64,000 bases of DNA. It comes from Spongospora subterranea f. sp. subterranea (taxonomy: Eukaryota). Numbering within the stretch: position 1 is the first letter of the stretch; every line of letters begins with the position of its first letter. Position numbers and translations under genes: made by a program. The notes under the pieces are model-generated. The model had not been told where the DNA came from. It was given only the letters and a program-made list of their open reading frames with translations, and did no database searches. This document shows, in pieces, positions 48,690 to 62,996 of this stretch. The stretch lies in the NCBI GenBank assembly GCA_049724395.1, contig JAUGWO010000128.1, positions 1 to 64,000 of the forward strand, read 5' to 3'.

Positions 48690-51600
48690 TTAACGATAAA
48701 GATATCCCGGCAGATCCCGTTCATTGCGTCTGATAAAATCCACTAGTGCCTTGTGTGACTGCGATTCCATTTGTTGATCAACTCTGTTCTTGACATGTTC
48801 TAGATCGACAACGCCTTTCTCCAACACCTGCTCGATCGCCGGCTCGAGTGTCTGCAGCACGCGGTCATTCAGCTGTACTCGTAGTAATTGCAGCAATTGC
48901 GGGGCACGATCATGAAGAATTGGCCCACTCCACGACTCAAATAAAAAATCAGCCAAGGTCTTGAATTCGGCCCTGACGACGATGCCGTTAAGTTACCATC
49001 AATCCAAGTTTCAACGCTGTGTTTCCCACACCTGGGATAAACGATTTTCGATTGAGTTCATGAAAGAAATGGGTAATCCAACAAATCTGGCGAGCTGCAT
49101 GATGTTATGATGGTGTACATCAGTACCGCAAACCGTTATATTCATTATTCGCCCAATATTGTCGATACCTATCTTAACTAGGCGCGCCGTTGATTCAGTT
49201 CGAAGATGCCGGGTCGCTGTGGCTTCCGGCATTGAGCTTCGGAAGAAAATACTCGCCTCTCCTGACAAATGAAAAAACAATCGGCGTGAGTGGTAAACAC
49301 CAGCATTATTTGTCACTACGAGTATTGCACAACCTGGTAGGTTAACTAGCACCGAGAGCGGCTTCTGGCGAAAATATGGTGGCGAGTCTGAGACCGCTAT
49401 CGGGCACGTTGGCGCAGAGTCACGAATGAAGGATTTCGCCATCATGGACCCAAGCTCAAATGGATCACATCTATATTGACATCTAATCTGTTATTGAAAT
49501 TCACTGCGGCAACTTAGTAGCCGTGCCTGTCCAAATCCCATGAATTGCATGAGCTCTTGGAAGTTTGAGCAATGGATCCTGCCGCATACACGAAAGGATC
49601 ATTGGTATGGAACGCATTGTCAATGATTACGCCTTTGTCGATAGCAACAGGGTTATGAGCTAATGCTTGTCGAAATAACGGCGGCAACTTAAAAAGAGAA
49701 GGTTAAAAACGACAATAGTCGTCGAGATTGATAGAATTAATACCTCTTTATGCGCAGTATTGAACACCACGGCACAAGACATTATAAAATCTCCATTATC
49801 TCCTAACCGGAATCTTGGCGATCCTCCAGGACCTAATCACACGTTATTACTGAAAACAAAGTATACTAGTGTAAAACTTTACCTCGAACGAGAACGGTTT
49901 CTAAACGTCCAGATGATGACGGACCGCGCGATAAGGTATGTCCTGAAATAACTTCTATCCCTTGCCCTCCGAAGGTCTGCATAGCCATCAGTTTATCAGC
50001 ATTGGACGACGCTTACGGAAAAGACCTGGACGATCTTTTGCACAATGTCAATATCGCCATTTGCCCATATATGATTGCTGCCCGGATAGACCCAACATAT
50101 ATTCTGTGATTCAACGACAATAAATCAGTAACGATGCCAAATCGTATACCGATTTTCGGATGCATTACAGTCGTGTCAAATCCACGTCGTCCCAGTAGTC
50201 CAATAACTGCCAACGAATCGGTTGAGTCTCCATACACAACAATATTAGATGATCCCAGCGTGATGGATTGGATAAAACGAAATGCTGGCCCCCATGGATT
50301 GGGATCCTCTTTACTGCACCACATATCGCTCAGCGATGCTTCCGCTTTTGACTAGCACAGTACGACGAACTAGTACCTGGCTGAGAACACTCCATGCTGT
50401 GTGGTAGCTGGTATGGTTCCTGGGCTAGACCAGGCGTCATTATTAGCCTGTTTGTCCCCGGAGATGATCAAGTAATCATATGGTATTGTGAATGAGGAGG
50501 AATCACGACAATCCACTGATAACGTCTTCGTAGCGTAATCAGCAAGTGTTACGCTACCGGTTACGATACGATAACGTAGTGGGAGCGGTCCGTTATAATC
50601 ACTATCGATTATAACCATTATCTGTACAATACAATACCTCAGACATTAGAACACATGATCTGCATAGATGGAACATAGAGGGATACGGGACCGTAGTGCA
50701 TCACATTGGGAGACCATAACGTTATGCACATGTGTAACATACGGGTACCTGAGTGTAGATGATATGAGGTGTATACTTGAATAACTCGTATAGGAATCCA
50801 TCACTTGTCTTATTGAGCCCAATAATCACAATACGATTGTTATTATAGACAACTGGCGACATTGAGATCTGAGATCGGGTCCCGATCAGCAGACCGGGGA
50901 TAGATGAGTTCATAGACGACAACCCTCTTCGTTGGGCATCAACAAGCATATCTGTCACCTCACTGATCAGCTCTAGTGGTGGATCATATAACAGAACGTC
51001 GACTTGTAGTTGATCCATAGCCTGCAGGAATATGAGACGGCGCCATCCATGAAGTATTGGCGCAATGAAATTAGTCGTTAGAACGGCAGCATTTTTGGAG
51101 CTCAACTCAGGATGATATTGCATAATGTCGAACTTGTCAGCATAATCGAGCAACTTCTGTTCAGTTATGGTTTCAGCAACAATTATTCCAACGCATTGGG
51201 TGGGTTGTTCATCACGAAATAATGCACAAAGACGCGAATCGGCAATATTTCTCCTCAATGATGTTAGCGATACTGATGAAGTTTCTGAAAGTTCATTCTT
51301 AGAAAGCAAAAATGTCAACGAAGTAAAATTCCTACCTAAGTAATCCTGAATTGAAGCCTCATCGGATGGCGCTGCAATTCTTACAATTGGAGGTTTCAAT
51401 ATAGTAGCGCGATGGCATAAGTACAGAACATGATCGAAATCCGTTGTTTGGTAAGTCGGTATTATTGTAAAATGATTGAAGGTATGCGTGCTCTAGAAGT
51501 TGGAAAAGTTTCTGGGTCAAAAAGGGAGATCATGATTTACATCAACAGATTCTTACAGGATCTGCCGAATGAGGCAGAGTCAATATTATATAGTCCCTTT

Positions 51601-52574
51601 CTGGAAACACAGCGAATATTGATTCTAGAAGAATTCTACTTGAAGCGTGTGCACAATCACCATCTATACAACAAACTGTGATACAAATTGATTTCTGGAC
51701 GGCAAAATCCGGATATGACGACAGATCGTAAACATTGGTCAACGGCTCTGCTTTAATCTCAGTTGTGATGCAAACCATTCCTAACGCACCATTAAATGAA
51801 TTCCTGGTCCCGAAATATCGGCTTTACCTTTAGGATCGCCATTATGCAGAAGAGCCAGTGATTTGTTTGAGGCGTTTTGAGAAGCTATCAATTCTGCAAG
51901 ATAAAAGGCACCGTAATTCTTGTAAAGTTCTTTTGTTTTTTCGGTAAATATTGGAGATAAGTCATCATAGTCCTCAATGCAAGCAAGGCGTACTGTAAAA
52001 GTACCGATCACGGCTCTACTATCTAAACTGGAAATCTGACGGAACATATGGGGTTAGAAAGTTCATTGCGAGTGATTCAGGTCCCATACCGTTATCTGGT
52101 CATCCTTCGACGCAACAACATCAAACATGGAGATGATTTTAGCTTTGGTCCCAGTACTTGCACAGGCTATTCGGCTAATATATGGGCGCATCGTGAACAC
52201 ATATCTAAAAGCCTCCATCATACCATCACCAGATCCATAACAAAACCGAATCCATGTCGTGTTGTATTGATCAAATGTCGTAGCTGATAGTTTTTGTTAG
52301 CTATCAAGGTTCATAACTCCCCATTTTCTTTCGAAACATTACCTTCACGAGCGAATGCCGGTGTTGAACCGAATATAACGACTGTGACAATTCGCTTTTC
52401 GAATTTGACCACAATCGGAAGCGACGAAAGAGCCAGCACTGACGATAATGTTTTCTCACGATATTCAGCTAATACGCTGTCAATAGATTCACCGATAAAT
52501 GATGAGATATCGTTGAGGTCGGCTGGTATGATTACAGCGGCATCCATTGCTAATGAAGCCAATCGATATGGCAT
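48690..52574 (-). CDS. CFAP61: Cilia- and flagella-associated protein 61 homologue (divergent, multi-exon)
   Basis: VRLACIEDYDDLSPIF..YGAFYLAELI, FPERDYIILTLPH, NRIVIIG, PYDYLI, FHTNDPFVYAAG, WSGPILHDR. Confidence 0.8.
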
Positions 52575-52845
52575 AGGGTCACGATCGACATCGGTACGTC
52601 TGCGGTCGTGCTGGCTGCCCAAAAAGGAAGTACATATTAGTAGGCAATGAGAATAGCTTTTACAGTTGACCAAGAACAGTCAGGAACCTTGGAACTGCAT
52701 TGATAAAACAGTGTTTGTGAATAGAGGTTTGGAGACAGGCAAACCGAGCTGTTCATATGATAATAATCCAAAATATGGAGGTGCATTGTATTGTGGAAAA
52801 CGAGTTTATGTGGATGGCTTGATTGAAAGGCCTTTAAAGGAATTA

Positions 52846-53601
52846 TTATTGATGCGGACCTGGAGGAAAAGGAAAACCGCGACCGCCTTGTGGTGGAGGG
52901 GGACCGCCTCGACCCTAGTAATATTGTCATTGTTTTATCGATTTAGGATCCTTGGATAGCAATACCATAAACTGTTGTGGGAAAGCTGGGAATCCCATTG
53001 GCGGTGGTGGACCAGCTCGCCCCATGAACTGCATGGGATGTGGGAACTGGGCTGGGGGCGGACCCTGATAGCCGGCGAAATTGGGGATAGGGGGCGCTGA
53101 TATCTGCCCCCGCCCCATCATCATATGCGGTGGCATACCCTGCATTGGAGCCTGAAGACCCCGACCCATCGCACGACCCATGCCGGGACCCATTCCAGCG
53201 CCAGGAACACCCATGCCTTCTCCCTTCTTCTGTGCCGGCCGCGTCTCGGGGATCATTGACACAACATTCTCACCTCGCAATAAAACAAATCCAAGAACAC
53301 GCTTTTCTTCACGCTCCTGAGCATATTATATCAACGATTATTAGATGCGAAACCTTTCAACCCAACATATGTGCATGATCGCAGAATAGCGCCAAATGTT
53401 AACTTCTATTGCAAGTATTACCTGGCTCTTATTGCCTCCTTTTGGTGTAATTCTGCGGAACTCTTCGGTGTCTCCCAGAACAATGTTCATGTGCTTATCA
53501 AAGGCGATAAAGGTGCCAACCAGCCAGCGGTGATCCTGGATGGTGACCCTGACCCTCCAATTCAAGAACTGGAGCATCTTAGAGGTACGTGGCATCGACA
53601 T
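52846..53601 (-). CDS. SmB: Small nuclear ribonucleoprotein Sm B/B'
   Basis: SKMLQFLNWRVRVTIQD..FIAFDKHMNIVLGDTEEFR, EEKRVLGFVLLRGENVVS, Pro/Gly/Met-rich tail. Confidence 0.95.
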
Positions 53602-54552
53602 TTTGCTAGAGCAGATTCTGGCAGCGAAAGAGTCAGACGCCGGGTACGGATGCTATTGCTGATTGAGTTAGGTAGTTGGCAAATTATCATTGCGCCGGGG
53701 CCGCGTAGGAAGACCCAGGGGTACACAAGGAAAGAAGCCGCTGTCGAGACTAGATCCGCCACGGACATGTATATTGGCTCTACTGCAGTGCAGTCGCAGA
53801 CATGTACCTTCATTGCGTTCATGGTCATGGTGAACTGTACGTTTTTTTTTGTACAGGTTTTTTGCCTTTTCGCCGAACATTTTCGCATTCAACCATGCAT
53901 AAGTTCAGCTTTTAATACCTCGATTACAAAAATCTTGGAAAATGGGCCGTTATTTTCCATCGTATTGCCTCACCCCATTAAACTGTTCATATGTGACCCA
54001 AACGATTGAACCCCTTCATTCAGTTCTTGAACCGCATCGATAAAGTAAGAGAAGTGCGGATCAAACCGCCTTTTTAGATGACTGTCAAATAGTTGGTATA
54101 GATTACGACGCAAAACATTGTTATCGATTACCTTTGTTTTATTTAACTGCTCAAAATTTTGATCACGGTAATTCCCATTTGCGATTAAGAAATCATTGAT
54201 ATCAAGTCACGTTTTGTGGCATCGTAATGCTCATAACAATTTATACTTGACACTTTGCTCACTTGGTAGGGTCACAACCCAAGTTGCTGCTCGGTAACTG
54301 TTTTAGGTCGTGGCTTACGCAGGTCTACAGCAACTTCTCTACCATTCTTCTTCAACAGGCTTCAAATCAGCACGCATCGATTCTCCATTGCCTTTCAGAA
54401 AAATCGCTACTCGTTATGTGCGCGACATCTCTGTTAAATTAAAGTTTTTATTACATCACATTGATTTCATCGTAAATATGATAGTCACGTTCCATTTAGT
54501 TAATAGTTAATTTAATCTATATGCTCTTGATTCTATATCTATACAGGTCAGT

Positions 54553-55564
54553 TCATATTGGTGTTCGTATTGTACCCTTCTTTCTATGCAATTGGTGCTG
54601 TTGTTGCTGCTGCCTCGGCGGCTTCGCACCCGACCTTGCCGAAATTTTGACGGGGGCATCCGAGTACATGTCTGTGGATGCAGTGGCGCTCCTGCTAGCA
54701 CATAATGCTATCTCCAGGGAATCATATGCCTTTTGAATAACAGTATCAGATTCTGAGGACACAGCCGGTCACTTCAGATCCAGGGTATTTACCCACCTGT
54801 CTTTGGCTTTCCTGAGTCTTCTGTAGTTTAGCAATCAGCTCCGCCTCCATCTTCTCCATCTCCTCGATTTCCTGTTGCCTGCTTCCCGCCTCAATCTGCT
54901 CCCGTTCTATTCTTGAGTATACCTACTCTGTTATCAGCAATTGTCATCTCCAACCCATGAAGGTGCTCTTACCTGGCGCTTGACCTGCTCCCGTCTTTTC
55001 CTCATCTCTTCCTCCTTTTTTTGCCGCGCCATCTCATGCTGCTTTTGTATCTCCATCTTCCGCTGAATAGCGACTCGCCTCTCCTCCTCCTTCTGCTGTC
55101 GTATTCTCTGCAGGTTCCTAATACGGTCCTCCTTTAGTTCCTTGACATGTGTTTCTTTCGACGCCTTCACAGAAGCAAATCTTTCTCCTAATGTCATTTG
55201 TGTACTTGATGATTTTCTGACTTTATATCTGGTCTTGGCTTCATTAGTTTGTTCAAATATTGTCTGAGACAATTGTAGTTTCTTTTCATGTCGTTCTTCA
55301 GACTCCTTTTGCACTCTGTGTATGAATTTCGTTCTAGATTTGGTCTCTTCAATCTTTCGTTGCGCTTTACTCATTTCCGCCTGGAGTTATATCAGTTATG
55401 ATGGCGTTATGGTTCAATACTCACACCTTAAGCAGCAGGAGTCTATTGGCCAGCATTTGTGCATCAGATTCAGCCTGCTTGCGGTGATGTCGCGCTTGTG
55501 CGAGCTGCGTTTTAAGGGCCGATAGATCCGGATCATCGTTGGCGATGGGATTAACTGGCGCCAT
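54553..55564 (-). CDS. Coiled-coil protein of unknown function (multi-exon)
   Basis: RKQAESDAQMLANRLLLLK, KAQRKIEET, MEKMEAELIAKLQKTQ..AYDSLEIAL; GT-AG introns. Confidence 0.7.
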
Positions 55565-55954
55565 TCAGGCTCCCCTGGGTATCGATTCAGATCCTGGAGC
55601 TATTGGTTGTGTTAATGATGATCATATTAGGGTACAGATGAAGTACTCTCATACCCTCTCATACCCGATATAATAACACAATACTGGGATACCCTCGGAA
55701 ACGGAAATACTCTATTGCTTTAATGTTGTCTATACGATGACCAGTGCCGACATTAGTAATACGTTACAACACGGATAGAGAGGTAGAAAGGAATAGAGTA
55801 ACGGGAAGAAAAACACATTTACTTACTATATAATAGTGTCTGAAAGAGACACACAGAATACCATTTGCGGCAAGGTGACCTGCATCATCGGTTAGGGAGC
55901 AGATCCACCCAAGGGTCCGCCATACTGGGGCAACGACTCCGGGAACGGCACCTC

Positions 55955-56838
55955 ATGGATGAGGAGCCGATAGATAACGAACCGGTCTCGACGAAAGACA
56001 CCACAGGTGTCGCCAGCCCTCATGGCCGACACCGGTACATTGCACAGATCAATTTGGATTTGGATTATGTGCAGGAGCAGTTGGACCGGATAGAGCTGAT
56101 ATCCCATGGTATTAGGGCAACATTACCTTGTTAGCTTCGCAGGTTAATCATAAATGTATATATGTAGTTGACGAACGGCGCGAGATCATTGCTGATCTGT
56201 ATATGTCGCTGAAAGAGCTTGAATCTGATGTGATGATATCCTCTATTTGCTTGTCAATGATTATAATGGGGCGTTTCAGGTGATGCCTGATAATGATGTC
56301 GCGATTAGGTCAATAGATACCTCCTCTGATATATCAAGAGGCAGTATCTCACATTGCCGATCGCTATATCATGATTTGTTAAACAGGCTCAATACATTGT
56401 CATTGGGCATCATTACACAAGTTGACAATGATAGAGGTTCAGGTCAGTGCCGTTTTATTATAGTCAACATCATCTTGTAACCGACGGTTTGGTCAGATTA
56501 CGACGGAAATTGTGGAGAGTCGCGTTCTTTGCTAGATATAGCCCGCGATAATGACGATCACATGAATCACTCAACTATGATAATGAACAGCATACGAGCC
56601 CAAAGGGACTTAATCAATCTCGCCCATAATAAGGTCGGGGATTATGAGTGTAAAGTGTCGATAATAACGTTGACGACGTTAATAGAAAGTAGACACTGAT
56701 GCCATCTTAGCTGACAATAGCCGGTTAATGACCTATATCGCTGAAGAGAATGCCTTCCGTAGGCGATTATGGACAACTGTTGTTGTATTTCTCATAACGG
56801 TTATAATTGCCATCATATATTTTAAATGGATTAGATAG
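55955..56838 (+). CDS. Tail-anchored SNARE-like protein (Vti1/Qb-like), multi-exon
   Basis: IMNSIRAQRDLI...VDTDAILADNSRLM...RRRLWTTVVVFLITVIIAIIYFKWIR* C-terminal TM. Confidence 0.55.
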
Positions 56839-57668
56839 AAATAACCATATACTAACAGTTTTAAATGTTGATAAAACAAGCCACCATTCCGCTGTCTTAA
56901 CTGAGGATCAATCCTCTAGTAATATCTCCTGTCTATCTGAAATGTGAATAGCTACCCAGCCTGGACGATGACCGATACAGTAAAATCCTTTTTTGAGACC
57001 ATTTATCTGATTTAACGTTCACTTTATAGTTTTTGTCGAATATTCTCAGAGGATGATTGATCCACACTTCGGCTCATGCTTTTATTTCAAGGATTATATG
57101 TCAAAAATCTTGGGCTAATGTGTTTATTCCGAATGTTAAATGCTTCTTCAGTAACTATAGTACGTATATTCTCATCCTCAGTGTTACTATATCATCGTGA
57201 CCTCATCATTCGATTTGCCAGTCGGTCGTTATGTACGTTTGGTATACCCTCAATTCTGTCGCCATATGATCCTGATAATGCAACTCTGATTCTTTCGTGC
57301 CACCATTACTGATGGATCAGAAAACTGATGATGCATTCATCGCAATCTAGATATACTGCAGTACTTCAATCTGAATGCGAATTGCATTGTTTTCATCTTT
57401 TCTGTTCCACTTGCGCCACCGTAATTGTGTGTCCCCTTTATCTTGAACTTAACGAACTGCCCAAGAACATGACACATGGCGACATCTACTCCTTAACTGC
57501 TCGTTACAGATTGTAGTTCTTTCTGACAGTGTTGTAGTACGCGAATACCGTTAACATAACTGTGACGCGACACTTTGTGATTTGACCAAGAGGATTACTT
57601 TTCTTCATTATTGTTGTGATTCGCTTGATACGCTTTGGCTTTGGAGATAGTTTCTGCCTAGTAGCGAA

Positions 57669-59023
57669 ATGAAGCTCTCAACCCAACTGCTTCTACTGTT
57701 TGGTAATGGGCCGATCTCGGTAGTTTGCCATGAACTGACTTTGTTTCAGGGTTAATTTTGTTGGTAAATCTTTGTATGTCTGCAGGGACAGTAAAGTCTA
57801 CTACTCACAAAGCGACCACAAAGAAGCCGACTACACTGAAAGCGACAACGGCCAAGAAGGGAACGACCAAGAAGCCCACTACCGTTAAAAAGGGAACTAC
57901 TAAGAAGCCCACTACCGTTACGAAGCTAACCACCAAGAAGCCCACCACCGCTAAGAAGGGAACTACCAAGAAGCCCACTACGGTTAAGAAGGGAACCACC
58001 AAAAAACCCACCACCGTCAAAAAGGGAACAACCAAGAAACCCACAACCGTTAAGAAGGGAACAACCAAGAAACCCACTACCGTTAAGAAGGGAACAACCA
58101 AGAAACCCACTACCGTTAAGAAGGGAACAACCAAGAAACCCACTACCGTTAAGAAGGGAACAACCAAGAAACCCACTACCGTTAAGAAGGGAACAACCAA
58201 GAAGCCCACTACCGTTAAGAAGGGAACCACCAAGAAACCCACCACCGTCAAGAAGGGAACTACCAAGAAACCCACTACCGTCAAGAAGGGAACCACTAAA
58301 AAGCCCACTACTGTTAAGAAGGGAACTACTAAGAAACCCACCACCGTCAAGAAGGGAACTACAGCAGCACCGACTCCGTCGCGCCTGACAAGATGGAAAT
58401 GTCTCAGCGAATGGATTGCCATCAATAACACCTTCAACGTCAAGAAGAGCGATTGGTCTTATCTAGAACAGGCATCTACGTACACTTCAGGGCAAGTACA
58501 TGTGAATATTCTTATGAACAACGCCTCGTACACCGCCAAAGGCTCAGTATTTGCACATGTTCATGCCAACAACTGTTCAACAGGATTAGGAGGTGGTCAT
58601 GTCAAGTACAACAGCAGTATTTCCGGAACTGTTCAGTCTAATGAGTTCTGGTTTAACCTGAGCTCATCTACTTCTGTGAAACCTCTCTATGATGTGATGG
58701 ATACAATGCCCGGCACCAAGAAGCTCAACGATATGACCCTAGCCAAAGCACTTGTTATCCACGACGTATTTGGAAACAAAATGGCATGCTGTGATCTTAG
58801 CTACTGGGTACAATCAACCGTCGCACCGACCACAGCTGGACCAACACCAACAACGGCGGGAGCAACTACAGCTGCACCAACGACGGCCAAAACTACGACA
58901 ATGGCAGGTGCAACACCTGCTGCCACCACTGCAGCACCAACGACGCCGACGAGCTCCAGTCTGATGCCAGGCACCCTAGTCAGTTTCATTTGCGTCATCG
59001 TCATTGCGGTACTATCAATGTAG
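57669..59023 (+). CDS. Secreted, GPI/TM-anchored protein: Lys/Thr repeat stalk + Cu-only SOD-like domain + Thr/Ala/Pro linker
   Basis: Signal peptide MKLSTQLLLLFGLILLVNLCMSA after removing intron 57703-57749; ~17 KKGTTKKPTTV-type repeats; AHVH..C..GGGH..NEFWF..ALVIHDVFGNKMAC; hydrophobic C-terminus. Confidence 0.8.
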
Positions 59024-59659
59024 TCAAATACTCAAGTGACAAACGCTGCATATATTGCCTTCAACGTCCACCAATGAACTTGGGCGTAGATTGTCGGATT
59101 CACTTAATCTTAAATAAATCAGTGAAATGGTTGCGTGCTACCCTGGCCTCCTTTTCATCAAAAAAATATCTTCCAATAATCTATAAACGTTCAGATTGGA
59201 ATGCTTCAATACTTGGGGAACTGAGCGGAAGATGGCGAGGTTGGATGGCAAGGGCGCGATATCAGAGTCTCGGAAAATTTCAACATCGTGGATCAGGCAA
59301 ACGTGTTTGATAGAAACCCAGAATGCGCCTTTAGTGTAATGATCAACCTGAACATTTAAATTCATGCAGATTTGATCTATCAAATCATTATAATTAGACA
59401 TCGTTAGTCTAACATACGTTTCGATAGACCAATAACGACTCCACTAGAGTAGATGACACCAACGATACACTGTGAACGATGCAGAGGCTCAGTGCCATGT
59501 ATACTTATCTGGATTGTTCCTTGTACTGAGAAAAATGAGGACAGTGCTATTGAAGGGGCTAATGCCCGATGGGCGATCGGTGAACTGCTAAGAAGCAAGA
59601 TGGGAGAAGAAGAAGAAGGATAAAGACAAGAAAAAATCGGTTTGACGGTAAAATAAAAA

Positions 59660-60173
59660 AATGCATGGCCACAGTGCATGACAACATGACTACCTCGGTT
59701 GAAAATGCATGGCCACAGTGCAGGACAACATGACTACCTCGGTTGAAAATGCATGGCCACAGTGCATGACAACATGACTACCTCGGTTGAAAATGCATGG
59801 CCACAGTGCATGACAACATGCATGGCCACAGTGCATGACAACATGACTACCTCGGTTGAAAATGCATGGCCACAGTGCATGACAACATGACTACCTCGGT
59901 TGAAAATGCATGGCCACAGTGCATGACAACATGACTACCTCGGTTGAAAATGCATGGCCACAGTGCATGACAACATGACTACCTCGGTTGAAAATGCATG
60001 GCCACAGCGCATGACAACATGACTACCTCGGTTGAAAATGCATGGCCACAGTGCAGGACTACATGACTACCTCGGTTGAAAATGCATGGCCACAGTGCAT
60101 GACAACATGACTACCTCGGTTGAAAATGCATGGCCACAGTGCATGACAACATGACTACCTCGGTTGAAAATGC
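59660..60173. repeat. 44-bp satellite, ~11 copies
   Basis: unit gcatggccacagtgcatgacaacatgactacctcggttgaaaat. Confidence 0.97.
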
Positions 60174-61630
60174 ACCAAGAAACCCACTACCGTTAAGAAG
60201 GGAACAACCAAGAAACCCACTACCGTTAAGAAGGGAACAACCAAGAAACCCACTACCGTTAAGAAGGGAACAACCAAGAAGCCCACTACCGTTAAGAAGG
60301 GAACCACCAAGAAACCCACCACCGTCAAGAAGGGAACTACCAAGAAACCCACTACCGTCAAGAAGGGAACCACTAAAAAGCCCACTACTGTTAAGAAGGG
60401 AACTACTAAGAAACCCACCACCGTCAAGAAGGGAACTACAGCAGCACCGACTCCGTCGCGCCTGACAAGATGGAAATGTCTCAGCGAATGGATTGCCATG
60501 ATCAATAACACCTTCAACGTCAAGAAGAGCGATTGGTCTTATCTAGAACAGGCATCTACGTACACTTCAGGGCAAGTACATGTGAATATTCTTATGAACA
60601 ACGCCTCGTACACCGCCAAAGGCTCAGTATTTGCACATGTTCATGCCAACAACTGTTCAACAGGATTAGGAGGTGGTCATGTCAAGTACAACAGCAGTAT
60701 TTCCGGAACTGTTCAGTCTAATGAGTTCTGGTTTAACCTGAGCTCATCTACTTCTGTGAAACCTCTCTATGATGTGATGGATACAATGCCCGGCACCAAG
60801 AAGCTCAACGATATGACCCTAGCCAAAGCACTTGTTATCCACGACGTATTTGGAAACAAAATGGCATGCTGTGATCTTAGCTACTGGGTACAATCAACCG
60901 TCGCACCGACCACAGCTGGACCAACACCAACAACGGCGGGAGCAACTACAGCTGCACCAACGACGGCCAAAACTACGACAATGGCAGGTGCAACACCTGC
61001 TGCCACCACTGCAGCACCAACGACGCCGACGAGCTCCAGTCTGATGCCAGGCCACCCTAGTCAGTTTCATTTGCGTCATCGTCATTGCGGTACTATCAAT
61101 GTAGTCAAATACTCAAGTGACAAACGCTGCATATATTGCCTTCAACGTCCACCAATGAACTTGGGCGTAGATTGTCGGATTCACTTAATCTTAAATAAAT
61201 CAGTGAAATGGTTGCGTGCTACCCTGGCCTCCTTTTCATCAAAAAAATATCTTCCAATAATCTATAAACGTTCAGATTGGAATGCTTCAATACTTGGGGA
61301 ACTGAGCGGAAGATGGCGAGGTTGGATGGCAAGGGCGCGATATCAGAGTCTCGGAAAATTTCAACATCGTGGATCAGGCAAACGTGTTTGATAGAAACCC
61401 AGAATGCGCCTTTAGTGTAATGATCAACCTGAACATTTAAATTCATGCAGATTTGATCTATCAAATCATTATAATTAGACATCGTTAGTCTAACATACGT
61501 TTCGATAGACCAATAACGACTCCACTAGAGTAGATGACACCAACGATACACTGTGAACGATGCAGAGGCTCAGTGCCATGTATACTTATCTGGATTGTTC
61601 CATTGTACTGAGAAAAATGAGGACAGTGCT
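60174..61630 (+). pseudogene. 5'-truncated near-identical duplicate of the SOD-like gene and its 3' flank
   Basis: Matches ~58095-59550 at ~2.08-kb offset with small indels. Confidence 0.85.
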
Positions 61631-61634
61631 ATTG

Positions 61635-62996
61635 ATGCATGGGTGCATGACAACATGCTACCTCGGTTGAAAATGCATGGCCACAGTGCTAATGACTACC
61701 TCGGTTGAAAATGATGGCCACAGTGCATGAACAACAGACAAGAAAAAATCGGACTACCTCGGTTGAAAATGCATGGCCACAGTGCATGACAACATGACTA
61801 CCTGCAGGACAACATGACTACCTCGGTTGAAAATGCATGGCCACAGTGCATGACAACATGACTACCTCGGTTGAAAATGCATGGCCACAGTGCATGACAA
61901 CATGACTACCTCGGTTGAAAATGCATGGCCACAGTGCATGACAACATGACTACCTCGGTTGAAAATGCATGGCCACAGTGCATGACAACATGACTACCTC
62001 GGTTGAAAATGCATGGCCACAGTGCATGACAACATGACTACCTCGGTTGAAAATGCATGGCCACAGTGCATGACATGACTACCTCGGTTGAAAATGCATG
62101 GCCACAGTGCATGACATGACTACCTCGGTTGAAAATGCATGGCCACAGTGCACAACATGACTACCTCGGTTGAAAATGCATGGCCACAGTGCATGACAAC
62201 ATGACTACCTCGGTTGAAAATGCATGGCCACAGTGCATGACAACATGACTACCTCGGTTGAAAATGCATGGCCACAGTGCATGACAACATGACTACCTCG
62301 GTTGAAAATGCATGGCCACAGTGCATGACAACATGACTACCTCGGTTGAAAATGCATGGCCACAGTGCATGACAACATGACTACCTCGGTTGAAAATGCA
62401 TGGCCACAGTGCATGACAACATGACTACCTCGGTTGAAAATGCATGGCCAACATGACAACATGACTACCTCGGTTGAAAATGCATGGCCACAGTGCATGA
62501 CAACATGACTACCTCGGTTGAAAATGCATGGCCACAGTGCATGACAACATGACTACCTCGGTTGAAAATGCATGGCCACAGTGCATGACAACATGACTAC
62601 CTCGGTTGAAAATGCATGGCCACAGTGCATGACAACATGACTACCTCGGTTGAAAATGCATGGCCACAGTGCATGACAACATGACTACCTCGGTTGAAAA
62701 TGCATGGCCACAGTGCATGACAACATGACTACCTCGGTTGAAAATGCATGGCCACAGTGCATGACAACATGACTACCTCGGTTGAAAATGCATGGCCACA
62801 GTGCATGACAACATGACTACCCGGTTGAAAATGCATGGCCACAGTGCATGACAACATGACTACCTCGGTTGAAAATGCATGGCCACAGTGCAGGACTACA
62901 TGACTACCTCGGTTGAAAATGCATGGCCACAGTGCATGACAACATGACTACCTCGGTTGAAAATGCATGGCCACAGTGCACGACAACATGACATGC
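61635..62996. repeat. 44-bp satellite, ~30 copies
   Basis: same unit as 59660-60173. Confidence 0.97.

Noticed and set aside
53640..54210. Possible Harbinger-like remnant on the minus strand
   Set aside because: Resemblance too weak; no catalytic motif found
57805..58443. Hydrophobic minus-strand ORF (VVPFLTVVGFL)n; also 60155-60523
   Set aside because: Antisense shadow of the KKGTTKKPTTV repeat
59660..62996. CRISPR array
   Set aside because: Head-to-tail 44-bp units with no unique spacers, no cas genes, eukaryotic context
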